64,000 nucleotides of DNA, from the NCBI GenBank assembly GCA_012295275.1, contig CM022665.1:32240001-32304000 (forward strand). The letters run 5' to 3'. Positions 1 through 14,747 of the stretch are shown one piece after another (within the stretch, counting starts at the first letter, position 1; the number at the start of each line of letters is the position of its first letter). The stretch is from Chrysomallon squamiferum (Eukaryota > Animalia > Mollusca). The notes under the pieces were generated by a model, which saw only the letters and a program-made list of their open reading frames with translations, was not told the origin of the DNA and ran no database searches. The position numbers were made by a program, and so were the translations under genes.

Positions 1-83
1 TTACCTATGTATAAGTCGACCCCCAAAATATTACCTTAATATAGTCTCCCAAAAATTCGACTTATACACAAGTATATATGGTA
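1..83. mobile_element. Right end of a Tc1/mariner-pogo (Tc2-like) MITE, truncated by the window edge
   Basis: Ends CGACTTATACACAAGTATATATGG followed by TA. Internal GTATAAGTCG (9-18) is the reverse complement of CGACTTATAC (58-67). The family call is from recalled resemblance of the terminus only. Confidence 0.45.
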
Positions 84-400
84 TATTGAACAGAATTCTT
101 TTGTGAATACCTGTTGTGTATAACTATAAGGATAACCTTGAGGTCTATTCAGTTAATGCCTATTACTATTAGTTTCAAATTAATGATGTGTCATGATTGC
201 CTGACAAATTTGAGATGACAATAATTGGTTGCCCAATGATTAGCTTTGTTAATACATTTATTTGTTGACAAATTTGAAAAATTGGCAGATGCTCTAAATA
301 AATGTATTCATCTGTTGAGAAACTGGGAAAATAGAGAATCAGCAGGTAACACTATTTGTTTCATGATTCATAAGATGTTTTGCATAGGAGAAACAATATA

Positions 401-804
401 CAGATACTGGACCAATTATCTGGTGTTCTGAAATCAGGAAGGACCAGAAAACTGGAAGTTTTTTCCAATGCTGTTTTCATAGTTCATGCACATGGGTGTT
501 GTCTTCACCAGACCAGAACTACTCTTTCAAGCCATGTGGCGTTCATTGACTCATCACATTGTTTATGTGTCAAGTCGCCACAGTTGTGTATCGTCAATTT
601 TCTTTATGTTTTTAATTTTAAAATGTTTATGCTTAATTATTTACGTATTTAGATGCCTTGGTACCAGAAAACCAGAAAATCCGGAATACCTCAGGCCCCA
701 AGGAGTCCAGATAATTTGTCTGATACCTGTAGTTAGTTTAAAAAAATGGCCTGTTTTCTGTATTTTCTCAATTTAGGTAAGCCAGATAAATGGTTCAGTA
801 CCTG
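401..804. mobile_element. Non-autonomous Tc1/mariner-type MITE in a VTA1 intron
   Basis: Left TIR CAGATACTGGACCAATTATCTGG (401-423) matches the reverse complement of 782-804 at 20/23 positions. TA flanks both ends (399-400, 805-806). A further TIR-like copy lies at 707-729. Confidence 0.65.
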
Positions 805-920
805 TATTATTATTAAAATCTGAACCATTTAACTGGACATATAGTACTTTTTCCTTCAAATGTAAATGCAGTCATAACAAATATATTAATCTTATTAATA
901 ATTATGTATTTATTAAACAG

Positions 921-3470
921 GTTAAAAGTTCTACAACAGAGGAGGCTATACAGAATGAGGTGGTGGGTCAAGCCCATGTTGAAGATTATGCACTTAAAGT
1001 GTTTCTCTTTGCTGACAATGAAGACAGAGCTGCCAGATTTAACAAGTAATATCTCTTTTTAAATAAAATTTATGCAAAAGAAACTGGAAAAATTAAAGTA
1101 AATTTTTATAATAAAAAAACTTCAGAGCAGTGCTTCTTAAATTTGTGAATGGTTCACATAAAGGTGAGTGAAATTATTTTGGCATGAGTGAATACAGAGG
1201 GAGCGTAAGATGAAACTTAATAAATTACATGTGGAAATTTAGTTGTGGTTGTGAATGAATGAAATTTTGTGATAAAGACTTGATTGTGTATGACACTGAA
1301 GTAGTTTATTTACTTAGAACATTGTTGAATTAGTGACTAGGAAGCTGAATATAATATTTAATAGAATGAATCTGTTGTTGATAGTAAAATTTTATTATTG
1401 CAAAAAACCCAAAATGTGATAAGAAAGATTTAATATTGTCATACATATTATTATGTTATATTTTCAGGAATGTTGTGAAGTCATTTTATACAGCAGGAAT
1501 GTTGTTTGATGTGTTGACTGTGTTTGGAGATCTGTCAGAAGATGTTAGTATTTAATTAATAATATGTGCTTAAATTACCTTTTAAATAGCTTTAAAACTT
1601 ATTAATATATATAATTTGTAAATTAGATTTTTTATGAGAAATCAAACAATAATTAAGCTGGTGAAGTTTAGATATTTGTAATTTTCTAATCCTGTCTTTA
1701 ACATCTTAAGACTAGTATTTTAAATTCATCTTCAAAATATGTATTGCATAAATGTGTTATTTATAATAACACCTTATTAATTCGAAAAATATGAATGTAA
1801 ATATAAAAAACAGTTTACATCTGTGAAATAAAGAAAATAATTATATGCATTTATTTCTGTAGCTAGAGAAGAGTAGAAAATATGCTAAGTGGAAAGCAGC
1901 TTATATACACAGGTGTTTGAAGAATGGTGAAACACCAGTTCCTGGTCCTCTACCTGAAGGAACAGAAGCAGGTTTTTATCCTTTGATCTGTATAATTTTA
2001 ATAGTAATTTGGTTCTATAAAACTGTAGTATCCATCTATGAAGAAACCAGTGTTAAAGCAAAATTTATTAAAGTTATGATATTTTTAAAATGAAAAATAT
2101 ATTTTTTAAAATCCAAATCCACATCTTACACTAAGAATCTTCTTGTAATAAATTCCTAATAGATAACCAAAATATTAAAGATATTGTAATCTTCTGAAGA
2201 TAAGGTATAAAAGCTCATTTGAATAAAAATACTACAAAGTTAAAAATAAAGTACATACTGTCATTTAGCTCTATTTTCTTATATATGTTGTTTTTTGTGT
2301 TTTTGTCTTCAAAATTGTGTCTGATAGCCAGTAGATTAATTCCACCTTCATGCTCCAGTTGGCTGCCTTAATTGTACAAAATATAATGGATTATATGTTT
2401 TTTGTTTTATGGTAAGGTTGTTTGGAAATATAACTGAAAAAACAATAGCCTGTTATTTAGTAGCCACAACTTTCTTTTCTCAATAACTAGGTTGTCCTTA
2501 ATCATATAACCAGAGATGAACAAATGTACAACAATAAGTAGATACATTTTTTTTTTCTTATTAGTCAGAGTTTTGTTTTCTGAGGTTTTACTGAAAACTG
2601 TTGTAAATAACTTGCAGGTGGTGATGAAGGTGCATTTGATGGAGCGAATCAGCCTGGTCCTTCAGTAACCAATTTTCCTACACCACAGTTTACAAATGAC
2701 ACCGATACTTTGAATCCTCCTTCAGCAGGAGTGCATGCTCCTCCTACAACTCCTCAAGACCCACCATTCAAACCTGTCCCCCAGGAACCTGCTCAGCCAC
2801 CAACCCAACAACCTACTGCACCTGCTGCTTCAACTACTTGGACTCCACCCCCTAACCCAAGTAAGTCTGGAAACAGTTCATCTCTTATTACTTTTTGTTT
2901 TGAATGTAAATTTAAAAAATGCATATTTATTTACACATGTATTTATTTTGCTTGAATAGAAGTCTGTTCTTGTTAGATGTTTTACACTGGAATATTTTAA
3001 AATTTAATATTTAAAAATTAGTAGGTGCTTTATGTTCGATATTACATATAAAAATTACCCGTGTTATGGTGATTAATTTCATTAATCAGTATTTCAAATA
3101 TCATATTTGCAACAGCTAACGAGAATTGTTCAGATAGTTAACATATATCATTGATGTATATCAGTCTAGTGCTATTCTTGTCAGACAGTGATTCTTATTA
3201 TTTTTATCATTCATCTGTCAGATATGCATGACCATCAGTCCAGTGGTAAATAGTTAGAAAAAGATTTTAAACACTTTATGTAATGTAACTGGAACTTACA
3301 AAGACATTATTTTTTTTATAATAGCTGGAGTGACTTTGACTCCACAAGAATACCAGAAAGCGATGAAGTTCTGTAAATATGCCAGCAGTGCCCTGCAGTA
3401 TGAGGACTCCCAGACAGCCATTGTCAATCTGCAGAAAGCTTTACAGTTGCTGACCACAGGAAAAGTCTGA
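921..3470 (+). CDS. VTA1: Vacuolar protein sorting-associated protein VTA1 (LIP5) homolog, 5'-partial; last five coding exons
   Basis: GT-AG exons 921-1045, 1468-1543, 1863-1971, 2618-2860, 3325-3470 splice in frame. They give ...EEAIQNEVVGQAHVEDYALKVFLFADNEDRAARFNK-NVVKSFYTAGMLFDVLTVFGDLSED-LEKSRKYAKWKAAYIHRCLKNGETPVPGP (MIT region), a Pro-rich linker, and LTPQEYQKAMKFCKYASSALQYEDSQTAIVNLQKALQLLTTGKV* (VSL/Vps4-binding domain). Upstream exons lie outside the window. Confidence 0.96.
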
Positions 3471-6466
3471 TGGTGCCTCTGGTTTATAATCAAAATCTCG
3501 TTTTCATTCACTTATGTTGAAATGTCTTCACACTTACAGATCGTATAATCTTCAGCTACTATTCAGTCATATTTTTCTTGATAATGATATTTAAAGCTAA
3601 ATCTTTGATAATGAACACAATGATTATTATTAAAGATATGAAATAAAAAATCATTTTATGATTTATACAATTAGAAAGGTTCTAGACTGAATTAGTTGAA
3701 GACATTTGTAAACAATGGGTTGTTTTTAACATGCAGCCTAAATTAAGTATGTTGCTAAAGACAGTTTTAGTATTTATTTTTTGAAATTGTTTTGTTGTTA
3801 GGGAATACATTTTTAATGTAATACCTCTAGGTCTACATAGTTTTTGTTAGCAAGAGGTTTACATGAAATAGTTAATGCTGATTGAAATCTCAAAACAAAC
3901 TTATAAAATTAAGTAAATTTATAAAAACACTGAAGAAAAATAAAATACATACATACATACATACATACATACATAAATGACACAGCTTTATAAAAACTTT
4001 TTTATTTCTGTGTAACAAATTGTCAGATTCTTGTATTGTTAGAAGCTTGTTATACTGTTGTTGTAATTTTTTATTAGAAAGTCCAGGAAATAAATAAAAA
4101 TATGGAAGCATATAGAATGTCTTTAGGCCTTTTCACCTCCATCTGTGTCATTCTTATAGAATGACATAATTAATTTATTGATTTTTTTTTAAATGTCAAG
4201 TATTCTCAGTGCTGGGAGCCGGTAATATGGCTCTGTAAGAATGAAAAACTATTTAAATACTTTCTATTAATATGTCGATGTTAGATTTCTTTTTGATTTC
4301 AACCTGTGTAAAAGAATTTTTATCATCACTGTAGAGTGCACTTTTGTCTGTAATATACATTTGACTGTGCATTGACATATTACTGTAAAAATGTACTGAA
4401 TTTATTTTCCATTGTTAAATACCAGCACTTATTGAACATATCATTTGTCCATTTTTATTTTTAAAGTCATATTTAGTTTGGTTTCAAGTTTGTTTATATT
4501 AAACACAAATATTCTATATAATTATTGCTGTAAAATTTTCACCTGGATGACTTTATTGAAAGTTTTACTGATTTATTCAGGATGGTAGTATAGATGATAG
4601 TATAGTAAAGGAAACAACCTTTAAAATAATAATAATAATAAATAAAAATTAAAGAATTAAAAATTAATAAATAAAATAAAATAATAATAAGAATTAAAAT
4701 AATAAGAAGAAGAAGAAGAAGAAAAAACAAAACAAAATTTAAAATTAATAAAGTAAAAAATAAAAGAAGAAGAAAATATATGATTCAACAATATTAAAAG
4801 ATTGATAAAACCTTTGAAGGTGAAACAAAAAGTATTGGTAATAATAATTTAAAAAAGCAATTGTAGTTCTAGCTTTAAAAGTGGTTGTCTCCCTTAAAAT
4901 ATGCGTCATTTGAATGCAAACTTTTAAAGAAAAATGACCATAGTATAGTAATTAGGCTTAAAGAAAATTGCCACTCGAATCAGAGAGGGTTAACAGGGAT
5001 GTGTTATTTTCACATTTAAAATAATATGATTTTATTATATTTACTCATGATTTTTTTTCACTGCGATATAACTTATAACTCACAAGATTGTAATTACTAA
5101 TGTTGAATTCGTGTATTAAAAAGTCTGTTGTGATTTCATTTTGTATATATGGCATCTGTATTCATGAATTTTTTTTCTGCTTAATTTATTTATAGGCTCT
5201 TTCTGTTTAAAAAGAAATAAAAAGAGACGTAAACAAGTGAATAATTTAATTATAGATTTTGTTTCCATGTTTTTCTTTGTGTGTGTGTGTGTATGTATGT
5301 AAATAAGTTTTCATCATCAAGAGTTAAGATGTTGAAATTGTTTTACTGACATTGAAATGCACATTAAACATAATTTAGACTGGATATTGTGAACAAAACA
5401 AAACAATAAAATGAAAAATATATATATATATATATATATATACATACATATATATATATATAAAATAAAAATAAAAAAAACAAAAAACAATGTAGATCAT
5501 ATCAAGTTTGATTGTGGTCTCAGGCGATAATACAAAGATTTTAATTTTGTTTTATTAATTTATTTATTTTTCTGTAACATCTGAGACATCGATTACTAAA
5601 ATACAATTAAATAAGACTTGAACCTTGGCTAAATGATTGAATTAATTCATGGAATACCTACTTTATGGCTATAGAAAAAATATTACTGGGATTATTTGTA
5701 TAAATCTGATAACTATAATTTCCAAATTTATTATTGACAAACACTTTTTCAACAGATCTGTGTAATGATCAGGATGAATGTGTAGTGTTTTACAGCTAGC
5801 AGTGATTGATAAAGTTTTTTTTTGTTTTTTTTTTCCCATGCATTAACATAGTTCCATAAAATCATGTAGATTCAAATAAACCTTTGATTGAAATTAAATT
5901 AATCTTTATTCAATTCAAAATAAGCCTTTGATGAGCATGTAAAATATATAAAAGAAGTTAGACAGAGTATTTCTAAATAAGCCGGTGATTTAGGTCCTTG
6001 TTATAGGGGCCTAATTACTGGGTCCAAAATGGTAGAATAACAAAGCTGTCCCTATAGCAAAGATTTAAACTTGATCTGGTATAATGAATGAGATCTGTGA
6101 TGAATTTTTTTCTCTAGGTCTGGTTTTGATTCCTAATGGAATCTGTTCCTGACGCTCTGTATTTTTATTTTTCATTTGATTGTTCATTCATCTGTAAAAA
6201 AGAAAGAAAAGAAAAGAAAGAAAGAAAGAAAGAAAAGAAAGGGCTAGGTAATAATAAAAGAAGGTTGCAGATGTGGTCAGAGTACAGTCGACAGAATGAA
6301 GATGAACATCAGCCATTTAACCCGAGGCTTGTTTCAACATCAGTAGAAAGCCAGACGAAACAGGTTAAATATTTCAAACTGTTTGACGTTTTGCATCTGT
6401 TTTTATTGACAAAGGAGGGGACATGTCTGAAAACTTCGTGATGGACATTTAAATGTGAATACTATA

Positions 6467-6497
<31 letters not shown>

Positions 6498-7028
6498 TAT
6501 CTCGAGGGGTTTTAAGTGCATTTATTTTGCGAAATTTTACCACCAGTACATGTACAGTAGTATATTCTGTCATATAGCAAAGAATCAAGTCAGTAGCATA
6601 ATAACTTTTTGAGATATCAGTCAGAACCACATAGTTGTAAGTGATTACGGACAGTAAGTGGTCATGCCAGTAGGTCGTAAGTGTATATTTCTTATTGCCA
6701 AAAAAGTCGTAACTGCACTTACGACATTTTAGTTCCAGTGAAATTAGTACATTCACATATTACATTGTTTTTGCCAGTATGTAGTAATGACACTAACGCC
6801 ATTATGGTCATGATTGTTTGATAAATATATCAAAACCAATAAAATAAAATAAAATAAAATAAAAAAAAAAATAACTCGGATATAAAGCAAAACGAAATGG
6901 TGATATCAATGAGCAAGACGTTTCTGTGTAGTTCAGCGACAGTGTATGTACAAATTAAAGAAAAACGCTTCTTCATTAAATTATAATTCTTAAGTATAAT
7001 TTTGTCAGAAAACAATCAGTGCTTATTA

Positions 7029-7075
<47 letters not shown>

Positions 7076-9999
7076 GGTCGATGATGATAAAAGGCATTGT
7101 GAAATATTTTCCTGTATTATATAATAATATGAACTAAGAATGAATATCTAACTTTAACGCATTGATTTTAGGTGCTGAAGTAAGGTTTATTGTAGTATTA
7201 TTAATTGTTTCTTTTTAAGTGTGTATTCTGATTGTTTGTATATTCCTACTTAATTTTATTTCTTTTTCAAAAATACTTTTAAACCTCGTATGTAAATGCT
7301 AATCATAAGGTAATAATAATAATAAATAGAAAAATAATATATATATATTTTAGTGTCGAGTTAGTTTTGTGTGCTTGTGTATCACTGAACTGAATTGAAT
7401 TGCATTTACACTCAGGCCATGGTCTACGGCATATGAGGATACATTATACAAAAGTTAACATAAATGTAACAAGTCTCTTAATGATAGAATAATTCCAAAT
7501 TAAATTAAAACAAAATCTGCCATAATCCCTTTTCTATTCACCGCGGAAATTAGAAAATAAGCAATAACATCCCCCTACCACCCCTAACTTCTCTTATCAA
7601 ATCACAAGCGAATGAGAAAAAGAAATAAGACTATTTATCAGTCACTGCATTAGGATAATGTTAATAACCGTACTTGATATGTGAATTTCTTTCGCGTACT
7701 TATTTTAAGTCTTGAGCATTCAGTTTATGCATTTCTGAAGCATAACACATTACAATACATATTTCTGTTTCTTGTGCGTGTTTCTGCATACGATTTATCC
7801 ACTGAGACACTAATCCCTTTTTCTTTTCGTGCATTTTAACTAGGTGGAAATATTATTTAAATCGCCAAGACATCTTTGTGATTTTCCGAATGATATCAAA
7901 TTACGAAATAATTATATCCTTTCTGGTTTTTTCTTTAAAATAAAAATATAATACAGGAAACACTAAGCCTTACATTCTTGGGTGTGGAGAGTAAAACCGA
8001 AGACGTGATCATGACTTTTAAAAACAGACGTGTAACTAATCAGCAAATGATACAAATGGCGGGAAGGGGAAACTGCCCCCTGTACCCGAGGAAGTAAAGT
8101 CATTTTTGCAAAAAGGCCCGAGTTTGGATCAAGATGTATTTCCACCGTACCTTTCACAATATATAATTATGAGCGTAAACAGCAGCACCATTTGAATATA
8201 AAAAGTACATTGTGGCAGTTTTGCTGTAATTAAAATGTTAGTAAAAACAATAATGTCCTTATTGTGATTCTCAGTCTTTCTTTACAAAAATGACATTATT
8301 TTAATGGCAAATTAACACTTTGATTTTTCTAAAGTTATCTTTGATGGCAAAATTAACTTTTAATACTGAAATGTTATATGGCTAAGACATTTAAGAGTAA
8401 CGTCCTTATTAGGATAAAAATTAATAGACATGGTAAACATAAATTTATATAAAAGATTAGAGCATACAAATGAAAAAACATAATATATACACACACGTAT
8501 AATACATATATATAAATCAGTGCCTCAACCACTATTTCAGTATAAGGAGCTGGCATCATCCTTTGGTGGTGAAATTAATTTTATTTTAAAAGTCTGTTAG
8601 ACAAAGGTAATTCGGCGGGCGCTTTGGGCACCACCTAGTTTCATGCACAAACATTTCATTATTAACTGTCTCTGATTAACCTAAAGGTTACGTAAGTTAG
8701 GGATTTCCCAGTCTTAATGATTGCCATTCATCGGTTTTTCCATATTGTATATATTTATATGTAATCTTTAACCGTCTGTTTAATGCAGTTAATACATGAG
8801 TTTAAGGTTTATATAATACAAACCAGTATTTATATTAAATCTATAATTGTAGAGAAACCCTGCAGCTTAGAGGTTTATTGCATTTGTCTCTACTGCACAA
8901 ACTCTCGTATTAGTTTCACATCCCAGAGTGAAGTCTGTAAATACATTCTGCAATTAGTAAAAGTGTTTTATAGCCTCTCATGTATTTAATTAAATAATCG
9001 TCGTGCTTCACAACAGCTTGCTCTGATTAGCACGTTATTTTTTTTCCATTCCAATCAAATAAACGAGTCAACACAGGTTTAAAACAAAACACATAACTCG
9101 ATTAACAAGTCAAACAGAGTTGACATGTTCAAGAGATAAGGCAAATATTAGTTTAGAAGTTGGTGAGGCGAAGTTTGATTTATATAGATAACAGAAATAA
9201 CTTTATTAAATAACTTTAATTGATGTGTTAAATGTTTTGAAAATGTTACTGATGTTAACTGTTTTATTTATTTCTTGACACAGACAAACGAACGAGCATA
9301 TAACTGTGTGTTACACCCACACATATGTTCATAAAACATACAAGCGAAAAACACAAACTCACACACACTAGTATATACTTTTTTTCTATAGTAATATATA
9401 CATTTAATAAGCATTTACTTAAGGAAATTAGGAAAAGAAACGAAAGAAAGCTCAAAAGAGGGAAAATAATAATATTTTTTTAATGTGTTTTTTTCAACAC
9501 TTCAAATTCATTCACCCCTCCCAGATATATTCACCACCAAAAATAAACACAGGATAATATCTAGACCGTACACGCCTTTCTATAACACAGATTCTCATAC
9601 TAGCGGTGTTAAAGCGAAACCGAACTAAATCGAGAAGACGATGTCACACAAAGATTTAGTTTGAGATTGGGAAAACCAATGCAGTCGTTATAATTACCTC
9701 AGGCCAAACCGGTTTTTCTCAATGCAAGACGGGTTGCCCATTCATCCAGGACTGTTGCAGTTACATTACTGAATATATATTTATTACTTGTTTCGGCAAA
9801 AAGAAGAAATAATATCGCCAATAAATTCGAGTTATACTACAGTTGTATATCTTATCCTGATTATCCGACCATGTCACCGTTTCTATGTTTGTTTGGTTAA
9901 TCTCCATTGCTTTACAGCTCTGGAATTCGCTAATTCGCTGATACCTGGGTGGAAATAGTATACCTGTTAGAAAGGTATTTTTGTCGACTTTTCGACTCT

Positions 10000-10549
10000 A
10001 TCTTTTCTTTGGAATTTTTCACGTGCTGGGTATAAGAACACTATAGTCTGGGGATAAAAAGACTCCCCCCCAAAAGAAAAAGAAATAACAAAGGATTAGC
10101 AGTCAGGGAAAAATAATACCCCCCAAAACTAAGAGTTTCTGGGCGGGTAAAGACAATACATAAGAGTTTTGTGGGCGATAATGTTTAAATGTTTATCGCC
10201 TCTCACCTGTAAGTAGATAAGCATCGTACGGCTTGTCCCACGCAGGACTTTTGTTTCCTTGTAAATGTGACATTTTAAATACTAGGTGACAGCGGTACAC
10301 AGAATTTAAGTTCATACTTACATAGGACGTCAGTCTGTTGATGGTTTTATGTAAACAGAAATGATTTGAAAACAGAAATGATTTGAAAACAGAGGCAGAA
10401 GTTTAACACTGCAGTCACTGGATCGTTGATTTAACAGGAATCATTCGAAGACTGAGACAAGGGCTATACATTTAATTTACTGGATTGCTTTATACAACCA
10501 AGAATTTGCTGAAAATTTAGAAAGACGTTCTACTCAGAGCTAGGTAAGT
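10000..10549 (+). promoter_or_regulatory. Candidate promoter and non-coding first exon of adhesion GPCR gene A
   Basis: Strong donor AG|GTAAGT after 10543 with no coding frame upstream. GC-box GGGCGGG at 10141, E-box CACGTG at 10020, FOX-like GTAAACA at 10351. Candidate downstream acceptors end at 17332 and 17987, before the ATG at 18074. Inference only. Confidence 0.3.
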
Positions 10550-11530
10550 GTTTTTAATATACGTGTGTGTTTCTCTACATTTTCTATTTTAACGTATTCA
10601 TTATTGTTAAGAAAACATATATTTATATGAAATGTATTTAATAACTCATTCAGTGGTCTGATCTTTTAATATTTCTTATGTCTGACAAATAAAACAACAC
10701 AAAAAACAACAACAGCAGCAGCAGCAGCAACAACAACAACAACAACAACAATGAAGACAATTTGAAAATGATGTATTAGCCATAACAAAATTAATTTGAA
10801 CAAAACAACAACCAAAAATAAAAATAAAATAATGTAAAAATAAATAAAGTAATCAAAATACTTTAAAATAATTAAAAAAGGCGGAGAAGAAAAATATTAA
10901 CTAATAGCTAAAATTAGAAGAACTTTCTCCATGTATTTATTAAATAAATATATCGTGTAAAATATAACTGACAATAAACTATTACCATTTATCGACAAAA
11001 TTCTTAGGTATGAATCATTTTGAGATTTCGACACACCTCTGGTATGGATTGTATTCAAGCTGCAAGATATCATAAGATATATTGTTCATATTAATTACAT
11101 ATGTAATTGGCAGCTGAAAGTTTAAGAAACACGTACAACTGTCTAAGGAAATAACTGATAATTATAAATTTTCTATTTATTATTATTATTATTAGTAGTA
11201 GTATAGTTTTGTTTGTTTACACTATGTACTACACTTACAGATATAACCGTCATATTATAACGTTGTGGTTTATTTAACGGCTTACTGGGTGTGGCATTTC
11301 TCTTTAGTGTTTTCTTTTCGGTTGGATTATTTGGAAATATAAACACGTATGCTCAAACATTTGCCGAAATTACTTTTCGAGTCATTTCAAACAAACATGC
11401 TTTAGAAATATCGTTTTTTCCAAATTCTGTTTTATATTTTCATTCAAATAGCACGTTACATATATTTATTTGTGTATGACTTACCTACATTCAGACACAC
11501 ATACAAACGTATATACATACATACATACAT

Positions 11531-11595
<65 letters not shown>

Positions 11596-12569
11596 GGTAT
11601 TTTTATATTGAATTTTAAACTGATTATTAATTATTTTATAAAATTAATTTTCACATTAATAAAAACAAAATATTTAAACAAAAGACAGTCTCCTTTTTAA
11701 ACATAACAATAATAATGATAATAATAATAATAATAATAATAGTAATAATAACAACAACAATAAAAATAATAATAGCAATAACAACAGCATATAAAAAAAT
11801 ATAATTTATTTTTTATTTTTATAAAATTAATGAATAAATTCTACTACAGACTGATAAGAAAGTGTAATAGGCTGACAACAGAGGCTGTTCTTTCTCTTTG
11901 TTAATTATGTATCTGCGGTCAACGTGCGGGAACTGGAAACAAAAACTTTTCAGACACTGAACATTTTATCACAAGCTCATTCGAGAGTACTGTTTTTGAG
12001 TTGACGGCTCAGTATTTATAATTTAAGACTTGGGACATACATAAATTCTACAGATCTTTGACAAGAAATGTATATTAATATATGTGTATTTTTTTTTAAT
12101 TTATTTTTTTATTTTTTTTAAAAGGAAAAAAGAAAAATGCATATTTAAATACTTTTGCCTGCAGGGTGACAAATGTCTTATTTCGTAACAATCCACAGTG
12201 AATTTTTTTATTATGTAAATGAAGCTCTAACATCGTTATATGATATTTATTTATAATATATCCCCTGGCAGGTTTTTCAAACAATCTTGTGTACCCATCA
12301 GCAGGACAGACCTAATCGTGAAAAAAGTTATATGTTTAAACATGCTCGAAGCAGAGATTCTTTCGTTGCATTTTATTTTTTCTTATTTAAAATAATGTTG
12401 TTTTGATTACATTCAATAAAATGTCAGATATTTTGGTAAACATCTCTCCTCAGGGAGCTGTAATATAAAATGGATATTTTAAAGATTATTTTTTTCCTAA
12501 ACCATTACGTATTTATATTAAATATGTAGGCAACATGTTTATGGTTCAGTTAATAAAACGTAATTGTTA

Positions 12570-12892
12570 TGCATTAACTCGTTCAAAACATTTCAGAAAC
12601 CCATGAAAATATACTAACTCGTATAAACACAAACACACGAAAGTACACTAAACTGTTTAAAACCTTTCAGAAAACCATAAAAATGAATTAATTTGTATAA
12701 AATATTACACAAACCCATGAAAATACATTTAGTCGTATAAAACGTTACAGAAACCCACCGCAATAAATGATCTCGTTACAGAAACCAGTTAAAGCATTTC
12801 ACAAACCCACGAAAATACATGAACTCGTTCAAAACGTTACAGAAACCAATGAAAATACATTAACTCGTATAAAACATTACACAAACCCATCA
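12570..12892. repeat. Degenerate minisatellite, ~40-bp unit, ~8 copies
   Basis: Unit approximately AACTCGTTCAAAACATTTCAGAAACCCATGAAAATATACT repeated head-to-tail with substitutions and indels, without unique spacers. Confidence 0.8.
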
Positions 12893-13280
12893 ACTCTAAA
12901 CTTGTTTTTGTTAAGCTGCTTATGACACACCCTTGAGATGCGCCACTAAATTACCGAGGCAGCTGAGGCGACACGTTCGCGTGAACAGTCAGTCGGTTAT
13001 ACCCGTCAGTTTTCACTTACCAGAGCAAAGTAACAGAATAACGACGTATCTCACACCCATGCGACGACATGGGAAATGTAAACGCCAAAGTTAACTTGAC
13101 GTCACGAGGATTGTAAAAAATATATATATTTACTCCAAACGCAAGGCTTACAAACAAAACAAAAATTTAAAAAAAAAAAAAAAAAAAAAATAATAAAAAA
13201 TAAAAATAAAAAAGAAGAAGAAGAAAAACCAAAAACGAAAGAACACCGACAATAATTTAATGCATTATTAGGTGCCAAAA

Positions 13281-13334
<54 letters not shown>

Positions 13335-13545
13335 TCATTATTTTGTATATTAACTATACGAAGAGGGGAAATTGTGTGGAATATTTCTTATTGACAGAAA
13401 CATAATCAGCTAGTAGTATTAAATATGGCAGTGCCAGTAACAGCAATAAAAACACTTATTTAAATTTATTTACATTTTGTGACTGTTTCTGTGAATTTGA
13501 TTGTGTATTTATCAGACTATGTTAAATACAATACTTTGTTACATA

Positions 13546-13577
<32 letters not shown>

Positions 13578-14668
13578 CACACACATATATTCATTATGTC
13601 TTAGTACAGTGCGATGGTTTCTATTTGTAAAACATTTCAGAAACAGCTGATAAATTAGGATCCCATTTTAGCTCTAACAACACAGTTATTACAGCCATCG
13701 TGTCTGTTATATATTACTTCCACGCGTATGCGTCACTGGAAATTTCTGTGTGACGTCACAGCCGTACTAAGTGGGTTACGTCCTGTATGTGCCTTGTGGC
13801 GATGTAAAATCTGACGTAATACGGCCCTCTATGTTTCAAAAGATGAGAGTTAAAAAATGATACTCGGAAGTAACTCTTTCTGTAGGTGTGATTTAAGCTG
13901 GCATATTTCCTGGTTATAAAACATTTTGTTGGTAATAAAAATAAAAAAGTGTATGGAAGTTGAAAAAGAAAAATGTTAGCAAAGGAACGATAATGTCAGC
14001 ATTATCATCATTATCATGATAATCATCATACCATACCATTACAACTACTACTACTTCTACTACAACTACTACAAAGACTTCTAATAATAAACTCTTACAA
14101 ACCATACACATACGTTGAAACAATGTCTAGGTGAATGAATTCAAGATCATAATCAATTTATAGTCTTTTTAAAAAATGTCAGTTTATAAAATAAGGACGT
14201 ATTAAACAAATAGTCAATGATACATGTTGTAAAATAGCAGAAAAAAGATAATACTATATTAATTAATGAAGTATATAAATTTATTCTTTGTTTTTTTTAA
14301 ATATTCTCTCACATAGGGACACACACACACGCACACACACACAGACAAAACTCCAACACACCTCAGTTACACATACTTTCTAGTTTATTGTAGATACAAA
14401 ACAATCGCCTAGAAATTCATACAAGCTGTACATTAACAACATTTCTAAAGTGAGAAGACTTTTTTCCTGAGCTAACCGAAATAATATAATTGGTTCGGAT
14501 GGTAAAAATAGCCACACCTCGGGTGTTATTGGGTACACAGAGTCAGTAAAGTATTCAGATACGGATGAATGCTGTCGTGTCGATGTTAAGGTCAAACTGA
14601 ATGACACGTACTTTAAGGAAAGAATGGTCGATTATTAAACTGTAAGGTTGTAAAGGTTTAGTTGTATG

Positions 14669-14671
<3 letters not shown>

Positions 14672-14745
<74 letters not shown>
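14672..14745. repeat. (GA)n microsatellite
   Basis: Pure GA run. Similar simple repeats: 7029-7074 (AAT), 11511-11590 (TACA/CA), 13281-13333 (AAT), 17168-17227 (ACAT), 18318-18403 (CT), 19700-19794 (AAT/AGT), 20157-20240 (GT), 41887-41925 (A), 62476-62516 (CA). Confidence 0.95.

Positions 14746-14747
<2 letters not shown>

Noticed and set aside
12570-12892. ~40-bp repeats as a possible CRISPR array
   Set aside because: The units are adjacent and degenerate, with no unique spacers and no cas genes. The context is a spliced eukaryotic genome.
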